Part shown: in pieces, positions 19,567 to 30,800 of the stretch
Layout: every line of letters begins with the position of its first letter
Numbering within the stretch: the stretch's first letter is position 1
Assembly (NCBI GenBank): GCA_000002445.1
Contig: CH464491.1
Span: 1,984,001 to 2,048,000, forward strand
Direction of reading: 5' to 3'
DNA from: Trypanosoma brucei
Taxonomy: Eukaryota
DNA: 64,000 nucleotides
Notes under the pieces: generated by a model
Seen by the model: the letters and a program-made list of their open reading frames with translations, nothing else
The model's database searches: none
Told to the model about the DNA's origin: nothing
Program-made: the position numbers and the translations under genes

Positions 19567-20322
19567 ATGGCCAAACTTGGGACCTTGTACTCCGATGATA
19601 AAAGCGTAGAAAAATATTACGGTCAACGCCATCGGTTGTGGTCTCGTTTTGACGACGGCGTTTGGATGACGAAGAAAGGATGGTTCGAGGTGACGCCTGA
19701 AGGCATTGCCCGATCTTCTGCTTCCCTGCATGACGTTCTCAAAGATAAGGGATGTTGTTTGGATTTGTTTTGCGGCTGTGGCGGTGACACAGTCCAATTG
19801 GCTCAGGTTTTTGAAAAGGTAATAGCTGTAGATATAGATCCCGATGCTATAGAAGCAGCCAAAAAGAATGCCGAGGTATATGGTGTTTCGACTCGAGTTA
19901 CATTTCTGTGCGCCGACTACAGGACTCTAAAACCTGAAAACTTTTCCGTTAACGCTGTTCACTGCTCTCCCCCATGGGGCGGTGAACTGTATGCTGGTGC
20001 GCCGTTTTTCGATTTGCAAAATTCGCTTTGTGCCTCAAATGGCATAAAAATTTCGGACTTTTATGAACTGCTGTCAAAATTTTCGAATAATATTACCATG
20101 TTTCTACCGAGAAACACTCTTCTGTATTCAGTAGTTCCACCAAAATTTGCTTGGACCTTTGCGGTGTGTAGACACTATGCCAACGAAAAGTGCAAAGGGA
20201 TTACTATTTTGTGTGGCGATTTGGTAGCGTCTTCCCAGCTGAAAGCACCCTCAGCGCCAGTGTATTCAATACGAAATAAGATTCCACTTTGTGTAGAGAA
20301 GCGAGGGCGTGGGTCTTTGTGA
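19567..20322 (+). CDS. TGS1: Trimethylguanosine synthase (cap guanine-N2 methyltransferase), a compact 251-aa methyltransferase-only form.
   Basis: The ORF-track start at 19555 is TTG. The first ATG is at 19567 (MAKLGTLY), preceded by a polyY tract at 19506-19545 and an AG. Motifs: FEVTPE, VLDLFCGCGGDTVQLA (SAM motif I), VIAVDIDP, and SPPWGG (cap-guanine binding). Confidence 0.85.
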   Translation: MAKLGTLYSDDKSVEKYYGQRHRLWSRFDDGVWMTKKGWFEVTPEGIARSSASLHDVLKDKGCCLDLFCGCGGDTVQLAQVFEKVIAVDIDPDAIEAAKKNAEVYGVSTRVTFLCADYRTLKPENFSVNAVHCSPPWGGELYAGAPFFDLQNSLCASNGIKISDFYELLSKFSNNITMFLPRNTLLYSVVPPKFAWTFAVCRHYANEKCKGITILCGDLVASSQLKAPSAPVYSIRNKIPLCVEKRGRGSL

Positions 20323-20484
20323 ATAAAATCTAAGTTGTTTATGGTTTTGTTGTCATCCAAGTGTCACCAAAATCAACAGCTCAAGGTGTACAGACTCGCT
20401 CTGTTTCTGTTTTTGCAATTGAATAAGTATTAATTGTTCACTTTACAAAACACATTTTTTCCCTGCCACCTTCTACGAAGTAGG

Positions 20485-22146
20485 ATGAAGAGATACCGTT
20501 CCTCTGTTGTTACGAGATTAGTGAGGGCGATCACACTCCGTCCCGATGCTACCGTGGACCCAGAGAGGTATCCACTGGGCTACGTGCCTCTTGATGGATC
20601 CGAGTCGGTTGACAGTGTATGGTCTCTCGTAAAAAGTGGCGCCTTCGTTGCCCCACTTAGTAAAATCGAAACCATTCACAGGGCTCACGTGGGGATAAGG
20701 TATCTCACGCAGTCGGAGTATCCTGCTCTTAGTAGTATTGACGTTGTGGGTTTGCAAACCAGACTAAAGGAGCTATGTAGTCGCTTGCTTATACGACGTG
20801 ATTTCTGGGTTCTTGATGATTACAATGACCCCGAGCTTAATTCCAGCTTTGGTATCCAGAATATGTACTTTGATAACTTCAAGTGGTCTCAAGTTTTATG
20901 GAGAAGGTTTCAGCAGTATGTGGAGGAGTACTTTCCCGTAGCTGAGCACACCCATTTGACGTACGATGAGTACCTCCAGTTGTTGAGAAGTTTTTCTCAC
21001 TTTGAACAAGGTGCGAAATTGTTGCCATTACTACCCAAGCGCTACAGAATACATCCACCGTTCGGAGTGCCCGCACTGTCGAGAATTGACATGGAGCCCC
21101 TCCTGCTGTACAGTCAGTGGTTGAAAAATTTTAGAGGACCCTTGAAGCTTGACGCGGCTCTCGTAATCAGGAGTGGTTGTGGGGCTGCGGTATTTGCAAC
21201 AAAGTTAAACGGTGTTCCCATTGTCAGAGGTGTGGATCCAAACCCCAGGGCGGTGATGTCATGTCGTAAAGACGCTCAACGCATGGGGAGACGGTTTGAC
21301 TCTATTAGTTTTCGAGTCGGTGAGATGTTCCCAGACAAAGATGATGGCAACGGAGTGCCCAATAGCCGCAAATACGATATCATCGTTTTTTATCCTGATC
21401 AAGGATGCTACAACTTATTCTTTACAAATGCCATTGGCGAATATGCTCCTGTACTAACCGGATTTGCGGGGACGTTGGAGCACTTTTTTGAGGAAGCGGG
21501 GGACTATCTTTCAGACTCGGGCGTTATTGTATTATGTTGCACCAACGTCTATTCTATTCTGAAACCAACTGAGCCGCACCCTATTGAATACGAGATAAAA
21601 GTGAATCGGAGGTGGGTGTTGTTGGATTATTATGATATGCCGGTTAGAGGGAAAGGGACCTTATCCCACACTCCGACGGACCATCACTATCGTATTCCTA
21701 TGGAAATGAGGAAGTGTATGCGAAGCGAACTGTGGGTGCTGCACAAAATGACTTCCATAGCGCACTTTGCACATATTCACAATATACCCGGAGCGCAGCC
21801 ACCGTCTTGTGTCGTATCGCACTGGAGAAATAAGGCAATAGGCAAGCTGAGACGTGCTGTGCTCAAAGGTCAAGTGGAATCCAGTGGGGGTGACTGGGAC
21901 GACTACAAAAAACGGCTCGTACACCTACTTCAAGAGCAAAGCGAAAACGACGAAGACGATAAAGCTCAAGCCATCCGGATGGCGATGGACCCAAATTACC
22001 CAAAGGAACTCGCGGACCGTGCTAGAGCTGCCATCGAAAAAAATATGGATACTGACAAGGCTTTTCACAACAACGTTGCGAAGGCGTTCGGCGACATTTC
22101 GCCGCGGGAACGCTTTGATGCTTGCCTTTCGTGTTATCGTTTTTGA
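20485..22146 (+). CDS. Hypothetical protein (553 aa from the first ATG) with a central Rossmann-fold methyltransferase-like segment.
   Basis: The ORF-track start at 20434 is TTG. The first in-frame ATG is at 20485 (MKRYRSSV), after a polyY tract at 20451-20476. The segment ALVIRSGCGAAVFATKLNGVPIVRGVDPNPRAV...YDIIVFYPDQG resembles motif I / post I / a (D/N)PP(Y/F)-like motif IV of SAM-dependent methyltransferases. Confidence 0.4.
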   Translation: MKRYRSSVVTRLVRAITLRPDATVDPERYPLGYVPLDGSESVDSVWSLVKSGAFVAPLSKIETIHRAHVGIRYLTQSEYPALSSIDVVGLQTRLKELCSRLLIRRDFWVLDDYNDPELNSSFGIQNMYFDNFKWSQVLWRRFQQYVEEYFPVAEHTHLTYDEYLQLLRSFSHFEQGAKLLPLLPKRYRIHPPFGVPALSRIDMEPLLLYSQWLKNFRGPLKLDAALVIRSGCGAAVFATKLNGVPIVRGVDPNPRAVMSCRKDAQRMGRRFDSISFRVGEMFPDKDDGNGVPNSRKYDIIVFYPDQGCYNLFFTNAIGEYAPVLTGFAGTLEHFFEEAGDYLSDSGVIVLCCTNVYSILKPTEPHPIEYEIKVNRRWVLLDYYDMPVRGKGTLSHTPTDHHYRIPMEMRKCMRSELWVLHKMTSIAHFAHIHNIPGAQPPSCVVSHWRNKAIGKLRRAVLKGQVESSGGDWDDYKKRLVHLLQEQSENDEDDKAQAIRMAMDPNYPKELADRARAAIEKNMDTDKAFHNNVAKAFGDISPRERFDACLSCYRF

Positions 22147-22333
22147 GTAGTAGTTTTATTGTTTTTACTGTCTCGCTGCGGACCGTTGTCGCCAATATCT
22201 CACATAGATTCCTTGCGAACTTGTGTAATTAAAGAACTTGTTGCTCATTTATGTTTTTTCTCTCTTATTTTTCCAAACAAAGAGTAACCGAGCCTCTTGT
22301 GTTATTTTAAACCTATTCGTCGTCGTTTGTAGT

Positions 22334-22726
22334 ATGGACGTGGTTGAAAAATTTCTTTCTCTTCGCCGTGAAGGTCGTGGCGAAGAAGCGTATAAGATGC
22401 TTGCGCCTGGCGCAGCGATGGGCTGCCCATGGGGAGGAATGCACCACGGGGAGACTGTGCAGGAATTACTAAGAGACGAAACCCGGTTTGTTAAGAGAGG
22501 GTATCTTGACCACGTGCCCATTGAGAAAATTGACGAGAACACTTTTCAAAGGAAGTTCAAGTGGGATCGTGGAATGTCTGAGTATGGTAATAGTGGTTTT
22601 AAGGGCGTAGGCATTCTACCCGTTTGGCGTGAGATATACTTTGTTGATAATGGAAGCATCCGCCTGGTTACAGCCAACAAACAACTTAAGAATCGGTCAT
22701 TGTGGCACGTGCTTGGGGTTTCATGA
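22334..22726 (+). CDS. Small conserved hypothetical protein (130 aa).
   Basis: The ORF-track start at 22238 is TTG. The in-frame ATG is at 22334 (MDVVEKFLSL), preceded by a polyY tract at 22254-22285 and an AG. Continuous ORF with coding-like composition. No motif recognised. Confidence 0.4.
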   Translation: MDVVEKFLSLRREGRGEEAYKMLAPGAAMGCPWGGMHHGETVQELLRDETRFVKRGYLDHVPIEKIDENTFQRKFKWDRGMSEYGNSGFKGVGILPVWREIYFVDNGSIRLVTANKQLKNRSLWHVLGVS

Positions 22727-23166
22727 GTTCGTTGAGCAGTTGGGACACTTGGAATACACCTGAGCATCTGGAGAGACAGGCATGTGTGTCCCGAACACAA
22801 CGGATACTTGTCTACGTATCCTAGCGGCAAAGTAGGCGCACTTATGCTCAACGCATGAACTGTGTAAAATAGCGTTTTGTCCGCGTTCGAGCGTCTTTTT
22901 TCAGAGATGCGGTAGGCCCTTTCAACGATCAACCATCCCCCCTCTATTTAGCAATGGGTGTGAGAGAGTTGCTACCCACTTTTGTTTACCGTGTTCGTGC
23001 TCCATTGTTTTAATTTTTCGAGGCCGGACAGTTTTCGAAGTACTGCGGGGCAAAAACAAAAAAACGGTGACCTTATCACTCTTCCTGTCCCACGACAATT
23101 TGTCTGTTTGCCTTTCCGTTTGTTACAACTTTTTAAAGAAAAAAAGCTGGGGTTTTAGCAGGTGCC

Positions 23167-24477
23167 ATGAAACGAAGGAGGGACAGTAACGGTAAGTCCA
23201 TTGCGGCACTTAGGGCTGGGGTGGCAGCGCTGAGCGTATCTAGCAATATAGCTTCTAGGGAGCTCACCTGTCGTGATTCCCATGTTAAAGCTATATTAGA
23301 CTTCTTGAATGATAAAGTTCACCCTGTCATGCAGGTTTTCGGTATGCCGGGTACGGGAAAGACAGCGTCAGTGAACCACGCCCTCGCTCTTCTTGCGAGC
23401 TCGTCACCAGCAGGGTCGAAGCCCACAGCTGTCTTTCTTAATGGGTACATTATACAAAAAACATCTGATATATACTGGACCTTGAACTCACACCTAAGCA
23501 AAACTCGGTTAAAACATGCTGAAAATTGCTTACCGGAGCAATGTCCTGCTCTGATCGAAAAGAGATTTAAGCAAGGTTGGGGGAGTAGCACTACGCCCTT
23601 ATGTGTGATAGTTGTCGATGAAGTTGACAAAGTCCTTAAAAAGCACAACAAGGCGTTTTTCAGGATAGTAGATTGGTTAAGTCTACCGTATGCGTTTTGT
23701 AAACTGATAACAATTTCAAATAGCATGGAACTGGCAGCTGATGCGAAAACGAGAAGTCGACTGGACATAACGAAACGTCTCGTCTTCGAACCATATAGTC
23801 TGCCTGAGCTCAAGGAAATTATTCTTCGAAGAGTCAGTCACATCAAACCTACGTTATTTGCAGAGAAAGCAATCAACTATCTATGTAACCAAACTGCATC
23901 GCACTACGGGGATGTGAGACGTCTTTTACAATCTGCTTCCTCCGCCATTTGCGGTCTCATGATGAGAATAGAGGAGGGTTACAAGTTGCCGGAGAAGCAT
24001 GATGGCTTGCTAACTGTAAAGGATGTTCACTCAGTTGTTCGCCAAATATTTCACGATCGCTTTGTTGAGTTTATCCAAACTATTCGTCTTCCCGTAGTGT
24101 TTATCAGCGTTGCTGTCATTGCAGTAGAGACAGCAAGGCTTTTTCGAGCGAACTGCGAGGACAGCCGACTACCCATAGATAGCTTGTTTACGGCAACGAA
24201 GAGAGCCCAAGAGCGTTTTGGCTCAGTTTTTGCAGACCTACATGCCGTCACTTTGAACTATGGGGCGTACCTAGAAATAGTAGAGATGCTGCGGGAGGTA
24301 GCACTGATTGACGTTTCGGTAGGTGAAGAGCGCATTCCCGTCAAAACGGTTCAGTCACTACTCGAGGCCACTGAGAGGGCACACGCGTCAATGCTACAAC
24401 CATTCCAAACAGTCGTCGATGCATGCAAGCTCCACGATGACTTTGGTACGGGGATATGCCCACTGTTTTCGATATAG
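23167..24477 (+). CDS. ORC1: Origin recognition complex subunit ORC1/CDC6 (436 aa), an AAA+ ATPase.
   Basis: ATG verified at 23167. Walker A: VFGMPGTGKTASV. Walker B: CVIVVDEVDKV. Sensor regions and a winged-helix-like C-terminus. The 436-aa length matches what I recall for the T. brucei ORC1/CDC6 protein. Confidence 0.85.
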   Translation: MKRRRDSNGKSIAALRAGVAALSVSSNIASRELTCRDSHVKAILDFLNDKVHPVMQVFGMPGTGKTASVNHALALLASSSPAGSKPTAVFLNGYIIQKTSDIYWTLNSHLSKTRLKHAENCLPEQCPALIEKRFKQGWGSSTTPLCVIVVDEVDKVLKKHNKAFFRIVDWLSLPYAFCKLITISNSMELAADAKTRSRLDITKRLVFEPYSLPELKEIILRRVSHIKPTLFAEKAINYLCNQTASHYGDVRRLLQSASSAICGLMMRIEEGYKLPEKHDGLLTVKDVHSVVRQIFHDRFVEFIQTIRLPVVFISVAVIAVETARLFRANCEDSRLPIDSLFTATKRAQERFGSVFADLHAVTLNYGAYLEIVEMLREVALIDVSVGEERIPVKTVQSLLEATERAHASMLQPFQTVVDACKLHDDFGTGICPLFSI

Positions 24478-24706
24478 TTGTAAAATACCGTCTTAGGACG
24501 TGTGTGCTTTAAACGGATTAAAAAAAAAAAAAGCAAAACAAACCAACAGATCACGCAAAAAAGATGACTCTGTATGTCACTTGAATTAAATACTGTTGTG
24601 CGTAAGCGATTTGTTAGAAACGGAGCGTTGTGGCTAGTATGTAACCATTACAATTATTCTTCTTGTACTTTTTCTCGACACTGGAGAATGAGGGGGACTG
24701 GAGACT

Positions 24707-27547
24707 ATGACATCTAGCGTAACCGGACCCCCTTCTAGCTTTGCGGCAGCAGCGAAGGTCCTTTTTGACTCTGCGAAGAAGGTGGGGGCTGTGAAACCAC
24801 TAGGTACGACAAGCAAGTTATACGCTCATCAACTGAAAAAAATTCAAAGCCAAAGCCGAAAGAAGGGTGGTTCCCTGGGAAACGTGTCGTACAATGTAGC
24901 TGAATTTCTCGAAGCTCATCGGGCATCCCAAGTAAAATCCTCTCAGGGTCCCATTTTCCATACCCGGTGTGTTCCCCTCATAGATATTCCGCTGAAGAAA
25001 ACGAAACAAACGGGATCAGGCATGCAGAAGACTTCGTCGAACGAGGCACCACTGTTGAACCTCCATAAGAGGCAGCCCCACCTCGCGGCAACCCCTGATA
25101 TGTCGAAGGAAGCGGTACCGGTTGGTGGAGTTGCAGGGGTCGGACCACAGGTACCGAAGTTGGCCCCTCCAAAATTGGATTCCGTTCTTCTGCCGAAGGA
25201 TGGGGAGGCAAAACGACAGCCGTGGGTACATCATACGGATACACACGCAGCGGATCGCACATCGGCGACGGGAGGTGTGTTTTTAGCACCTGAGAGGATT
25301 TTGCACGGTGTTGCTCCTAGGGCCACAGTTGTTGAAGAGAAACCACTGTTTGAGAGCCCGTGTGTCACGGAGGCGAAGCCTCTTTCGTTCTTGGACCTGA
25401 AGGCGCGGCAACCAATGAAGGAAGTAGTGGAAGTAGTGGACAGACCCATCAAACCATCCGTAACAGTACCGATATCTTCCGGAGGCTCCTCTGCCGCCAG
25501 CACCCGGGGCGGGGAGAACGCCCGAACCGAGACTATCTCTGTTGATGTCTGGGAACTGCAACGCGAGCGAGAGCTAGAACAACTGCGGAAGGATCAAGAG
25601 AAAGCGGAAAAGGAACGGTTGGAAGCACGACGAGAAGAAGAGCATAAAACTTTGGGCGATGAGTGGGTGCTGAGTAGAACCTTGGCTACTTCTCGACCGC
25701 TTTGCGTGGGTGCGGTGAATGGTGCCCTAGAAAAGCTATACTTTTCGAGCGATTGGGAGACCTGCTTTCAGTTGTTCAAGGAACTGGTTTGTGCCCCAAC
25801 GCCACCAGTTCCGTCAGTTTCTAAGCAAGCGGTTTGTTTGATGGAAAGGCACCTTCGGCGCGTTCCAGGTGCGCGTAGGAACGAACTTAAAGTTGCACTC
25901 TCAAAGGAGTTGAAGGAGAGGAAACTTCTTGACGAAGCAACTAGGTTTGATTTGAAACACACGTATTCTGAGGCTTTTCTCCAGGTTTATCGCTCTGCGT
26001 CAAGCAGCGTAAAGGATTCATTAGACCTTTGCACTACGGCGAAGGCGATATCGACACTTGTCAGGTCAGGATCTTGGTTGGAGGCCGTCGAAGTGTTTCA
26101 CAGATCACAGCAACGTTTCTCCGACAAGGGTGGACGACTTGGTTTAGGGTTACTGGCGGAGTCTCGCTCACTGGACGGTGAAGCGAGGACTGCACTTTCA
26201 GAGTATACATCAAAAACTCTAACCGCACAGGGGCGTTTTGGGAAGTTACATAGCATTGAGCTTGTAAAGTTGAGTAAGGGCGGTCAGAAGCGACATTTAC
26301 TGTCACAGCTTATTGAATCTGGCCACGTGGACGAAGTTATTTATGCCGAGCTTCTGCGTACAACGAAGGAAAATGTAGAGGATGTTCTTGAGGAGATCGG
26401 CAAAAGGGGACTAAATGTTGAAGATCCAGCTATTCTAGCGGCTTTATGCTGGAGGTCATTTGATGTTGAAAGCCCCCAAGTCCTGTTCCGCGAGATTGAA
26501 CGGCAAGAGGCAAAAATAGGAATCCGACCGGCACACGTGCTGGCGGCTGTTGCAATGGCTAGGGCTTCGAAATCGGAACACACCCTCCGTTCTACGATTC
26601 AGATACTGAAGAAGAAGCCCAACTTTAGGTGTAAGTTCGTACTAAGAAAGTTGTTGCCTCTGTTATACGAAAGGCGGATGAACAGCGAAATCGTGGAGCT
26701 TGCAGAAATTTACGCTAGTAACCTACCCATAGCAGTGGCACTGCCCCAGGCTGTTGGATTCATCAATAGCGCCTTAATCGCGCAAGGGAAGAATCCGTTG
26801 TCAACCCACCTAGCTAGTGATTTAAACCTTTCTGGCAAAGCAGTGGTGGGAGACACGGGTGATGCGACACAGCTAACAATCCCAAGGGCGCCGGAATCTG
26901 TTGCCTCCACAGAGGCAATGTTTCAATGCGTGAAGGAAAGGGATTGGCTGAGGGCATTGGAGCTACTAGGTGCATTCTCATTGCATAGTGCGGGAGACCC
27001 TGACGTTGGAATGCGCTCTGTTATGTACAATTGCGCACTCAACGCATCTATGGAGAAACGCGAAATTGTGATGGCGCTTTATAAACAAATGATAGAGAGG
27101 GGCGTACAGGTTAATGCGACCACGAGCAACGCACTTCTTAGCTGCTTCATAGGATCTTCTGAATGGGAGGAAAGCATTGAATTCTACAAAAGGACAGACT
27201 CGTCGCTGCGTGACGGCGGCACGTATTCTATAATGCTTTCCCTTTTCGGTAAAAATGGAATGTGGAGAGAAGCATGCGAAGTTTTCCAGGACGCACGGGT
27301 AGGATTGGCTAAGGCACCTCCGGCAATCTTTAGGCTTGGTATCAACGCTGCGCATAGTCACAATTGGGAAGCCACTTTGAGTATTTTTGGAAACTTCTTG
27401 AAGGCGCATGGCATTCAAAACATTAGTGACTCTGTTGTCGATAAGGTAGTCCGATGTCTCTCACAAAACAACAGGACGACTGAGTTAAAAAAAGTGGAGA
27501 TGGAAGTATCGAAAATGAAAGGAAAGAACAAGGGGAAGAAAAAATAG
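24707..27547 (+). CDS. Large helical-repeat protein (946 aa), PPR-like (pentatricopeptide-type repeats in the C-terminal half). Probably mitochondrial RNA-binding.
   Basis: ATG verified at 24707. The C-terminal half has degenerate 35-residue helical repeats: YNCALNASMEKREIVMALYKQMIERGVQVNATTSNALLSCF and TYSIMLSLFGKNGMWREACEVFQDA. Low-complexity N-terminal region and a K-rich tail. Confidence 0.45.
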   Translation: MTSSVTGPPSSFAAAAKVLFDSAKKVGAVKPLGTTSKLYAHQLKKIQSQSRKKGGSLGNVSYNVAEFLEAHRASQVKSSQGPIFHTRCVPLIDIPLKKTKQTGSGMQKTSSNEAPLLNLHKRQPHLAATPDMSKEAVPVGGVAGVGPQVPKLAPPKLDSVLLPKDGEAKRQPWVHHTDTHAADRTSATGGVFLAPERILHGVAPRATVVEEKPLFESPCVTEAKPLSFLDLKARQPMKEVVEVVDRPIKPSVTVPISSGGSSAASTRGGENARTETISVDVWELQRERELEQLRKDQEKAEKERLEARREEEHKTLGDEWVLSRTLATSRPLCVGAVNGALEKLYFSSDWETCFQLFKELVCAPTPPVPSVSKQAVCLMERHLRRVPGARRNELKVALSKELKERKLLDEATRFDLKHTYSEAFLQVYRSASSSVKDSLDLCTTAKAISTLVRSGSWLEAVEVFHRSQQRFSDKGGRLGLGLLAESRSLDGEARTALSEYTSKTLTAQGRFGKLHSIELVKLSKGGQKRHLLSQLIESGHVDEVIYAELLRTTKENVEDVLEEIGKRGLNVEDPAILAALCWRSFDVESPQVLFREIERQEAKIGIRPAHVLAAVAMARASKSEHTLRSTIQILKKKPNFRCKFVLRKLLPLLYERRMNSEIVELAEIYASNLPIAVALPQAVGFINSALIAQGKNPLSTHLASDLNLSGKAVVGDTGDATQLTIPRAPESVASTEAMFQCVKERDWLRALELLGAFSLHSAGDPDVGMRSVMYNCALNASMEKREIVMALYKQMIERGVQVNATTSNALLSCFIGSSEWEESIEFYKRTDSSLRDGGTYSIMLSLFGKNGMWREACEVFQDARVGLAKAPPAIFRLGINAAHSHNWEATLSIFGNFLKAHGIQNISDSVVDKVVRCLSQNNRTTELKKVEMEVSKMKGKNKGKKK

Positions 27548-27805
27548 GTATAAGGCACGGGGCTCATTTGATGTAACACCTGTTAGCGTAAACGGAGGAA
27601 TGCATAACCACCCCCTTGCCCGTAATCAGTTGGTTTTACACATCCATGCCCCCCCCCTTTTACGTAGGTGCACTGGTTAGTGGTGGTGCAACATGTCACC
27701 TATACGTACTCTCTGTGGAGGACTCTGCTGGTGCATCGTTGCATTACTTTTGTTCATTTCCTTTTTTTTTTTTGCTACTGACGACTAGGTTTAGTAGAAC
27801 GCAGA

Positions 27806-30800
27806 ATGGCTTTGGTTGGTGGGGAGCACCGCGTAACCGAAGACATCGTTGCGGTGAAGTATCTAGAATCGGTCAGGAGGCTGTACTTCAATCCTCATGC
27901 TAAAGACTTAGAGCGGAGAACTGTGCAGCTCCTGGCGCAGCTTCTTGCATGCCCTCCCCACTCCTTGCTGGTGTGGGACTCTCTGAGAAGGACTAGATTG
28001 CTTACCACTGTCGCCCGGGTATTAGGGTCGGAGAAAAAGCTTCAAGGTCTTTTATCGGTAGGTGGGAGACCCGAAGATTACTTGAGGGTTGTGGAGCTTG
28101 CTTCCAACTCGAGCCCATGCGAATGCATGAATCATCTCACGAAAGGTGAAGACAGCCATACCGAGTTGGAGCCATTCTTCGCGGTCCTTGGTCGGTTAGG
28201 GAAGTTGGATTGTGATGCTGCTACCTACCGTGCTTGCTATGATTCGTTTGCGAGGGCAGTCTCTAATCTTCTCTCTGATGCCCGGAACTGTGCTCGTCTC
28301 GTTCGAGCAGACATATCACCCATAAAAATACTTTTCAATACATTGAAGGGTTCCCCGTCGAGCAGAATTGACGTTTCCCTTTGTGTGCTACGGGTTATTT
28401 TGCAGATACTTTTGCATACGGCCGCCTTTACATGCATTTGGATAAAGGAATTTAGCGATTTGGACGGACCTTCGACGTGCCTGTCCGTGGTTCTTACGTG
28501 GTGCGGAACATGCGAAGATCCGAGTCTTCCTCTGAGTACCGAATCTACCGTAGTGTTTGATCTTCTTTGCTTGTTGCTTTCTTTTCCCGGTAATGGACGG
28601 GGGCCCAGCAGTGCACTTTACATGTATCTGAGGGGCTGCCACTGGGAGGCTGAGAATCTGGAGGTCGGTCCGCTGGATGATACGGCGACAATAGGTATGT
28701 TTGGGCTCAACGTGCTTGTGGAAGCTTGTTCCATCGCCATGAATTTTCGTCCTGCTATCTTTACTCACCTTGCCCGACTCCTCGTCCGGGCGCTGAAGCT
28801 GGGGGGCGACGACGTTGTGTCGGCTGGACTCGTGAGTGCAGCACTGGTTGCTGTTTTGAGGCAGTATGCCAAATTTTGTGATGACTGTGATAAAACGATA
28901 TTAGCTATCGTCCGTTTGTGTGTAACAGTTTGCAGCTGCCACGGGGCTTACGATGCGCAAACTGAAGGGGCTACCCAACTTTGTACGCTAGTGGTAGAGC
29001 TCGTATGTGATATGAGGGGACATATATCGAAAGGCACTGTCCGGGCTGTCATGTGCTTAACCAGCCGCGTAAATGCAGAGTCTACGTTCACAAGGCTCTT
29101 CTCCGTTCACTTACTCGAGAGGTTGGAAGGGAGGTTAGCCATTTCACAGGATCCCGCTGAGGTGTATTTGTTTCTTCAAATGATGAATGAAATATGTGGG
29201 AATGTTCCCGTCCTACGAAGGGAATTCATGCTTACTCTCAACACTCTTTTCCAGCTGTTGGGTACTGAGGCAAAGAACGGCCGCGAGACGCTTATGTTGT
29301 GTGTGGATTTGCTCTCGACCATGTGTAGAGATGATGAAGAAACAACTTTTAATATCTATGCCGGGCTGCGGGAATTCATCACACGGAGCGATTTTTGCTC
29401 AGTTGATTCCATCCGGCTCGGGTGCTGGGGTCTGCAGGCGCTGATAGATCTGCTGGCGCATGCTTCGTCCTCTTTAACGCATTTTGCTGACTCTGTTGAC
29501 TTCCTCGTAACGTGCGTTGAGAAACTGTGTGTTGCCATGTGCCGGGCGTTTGACTCACAGATGACGGTTACAGAATGTTTTGGGGTACCTTCCCAAATTT
29601 TAGGTCCCCAACCATTGGAGGTAGGCGGCTTCGATGTGAATCCAGGCAGTGTCGTACCGAACGTGTATTATTTTTATTGCCAATTCTTAGTTCTTGGACT
29701 CCATGCACTATGTTACGTTCAGGCTACATCAACAGGTACGTTCTTCAGGGATCTACCCGCGAAACTTGAACGGGTATTGGCTAGGGGGCCTTTTCTCCGG
29801 TGTAGGGTGTACACTTCTGCGGTTGTTCGTGCCCTTATTGCGATGGCATCGTCCACCTCATCTGTTGTTTTTGACGAAGTATTCTTCGCCAACAGAGGTG
29901 ACTGTGCCCAATGGTTTGCAGGATGGGGTGCTGTGCATCGTCGTTCATGGAGGTTTAACACGTCGTTCGGTGACGTTTCTTTTTTTCACGAGAGGCAGCG
30001 GATTGTCCACATTGGGTACTTTTGGTGTCTGCAGCGGCTTCTTCTACAGCTCTCGGATACTTCTCAGAAGTCGATGCTTGGCGCGTCGGTACTGGAGCTT
30101 TGGTTCAATGTTTTTTCCAACTCGTCCGAAAACATCTACATCTTGATGGATAGTAAGATGACCCTCACCTTGGCGAGCCTTTGTGCCGTTTCGGCTGCCG
30201 ATGATTGCGAGTATTCGTTTGAAAGATATGAGATACTTCTTAAAACAATGCATGAAATGGGGGTATACGGGATGGACTGCGCATCCGTACTATACCTTCT
30301 CCGGTTATGCTTGTGTGACCGCGATAGCTCCTCTGTCCTGTACAACGACGAGGCAACTGTGAAAGTGCTATCTACTTTAAAGACCCTGTTGCGTCAGTCT
30401 CTCCCAAGCAATGGACCGGTGCTGTTTTACGGTGTTTCCTCAGGGTGTACGCCGCGGTCGCACTTTTGCAACAACACTGCGGCTTTACAGGTGAGGGGAC
30501 CACGCATTGGTGGAGGAGTTGATATCCCTGTTCTCCTTGGCAGGGTGAAGTCTGACAGGTGTTTTTCGTTTGTTCTTTGGTTTCTCCTCGAACCGAAGTC
30601 GCCACATACAGTTGAGGAGGTAGACATTATTTTGATGTCAATAGCTTTTAATCGAAACAGCGCATTTATCCAGCTTGTTTACACTGTCCAAGGAACGTTG
30701 CACCTACGGGTGATACTGAGGTCGCCTGAAGATCGAAACCAGCAGCAGCAGCGGCTTCATTCTGAATACGTTTTGTTCTCCAATGATGAAATACCAACCA

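Noticed and set aside
28388-28768. Minus-strand ORFs inside the plus-strand block (for example 28388-28768, 32290-32964, 47362-47871, 55981-56625)
   Set aside because: They are antisense to verified long ORFs (BEACH, PanK fusion, RRM-like protein). They have low-complexity basic translations and lie on the wrong strand for the transcription unit.
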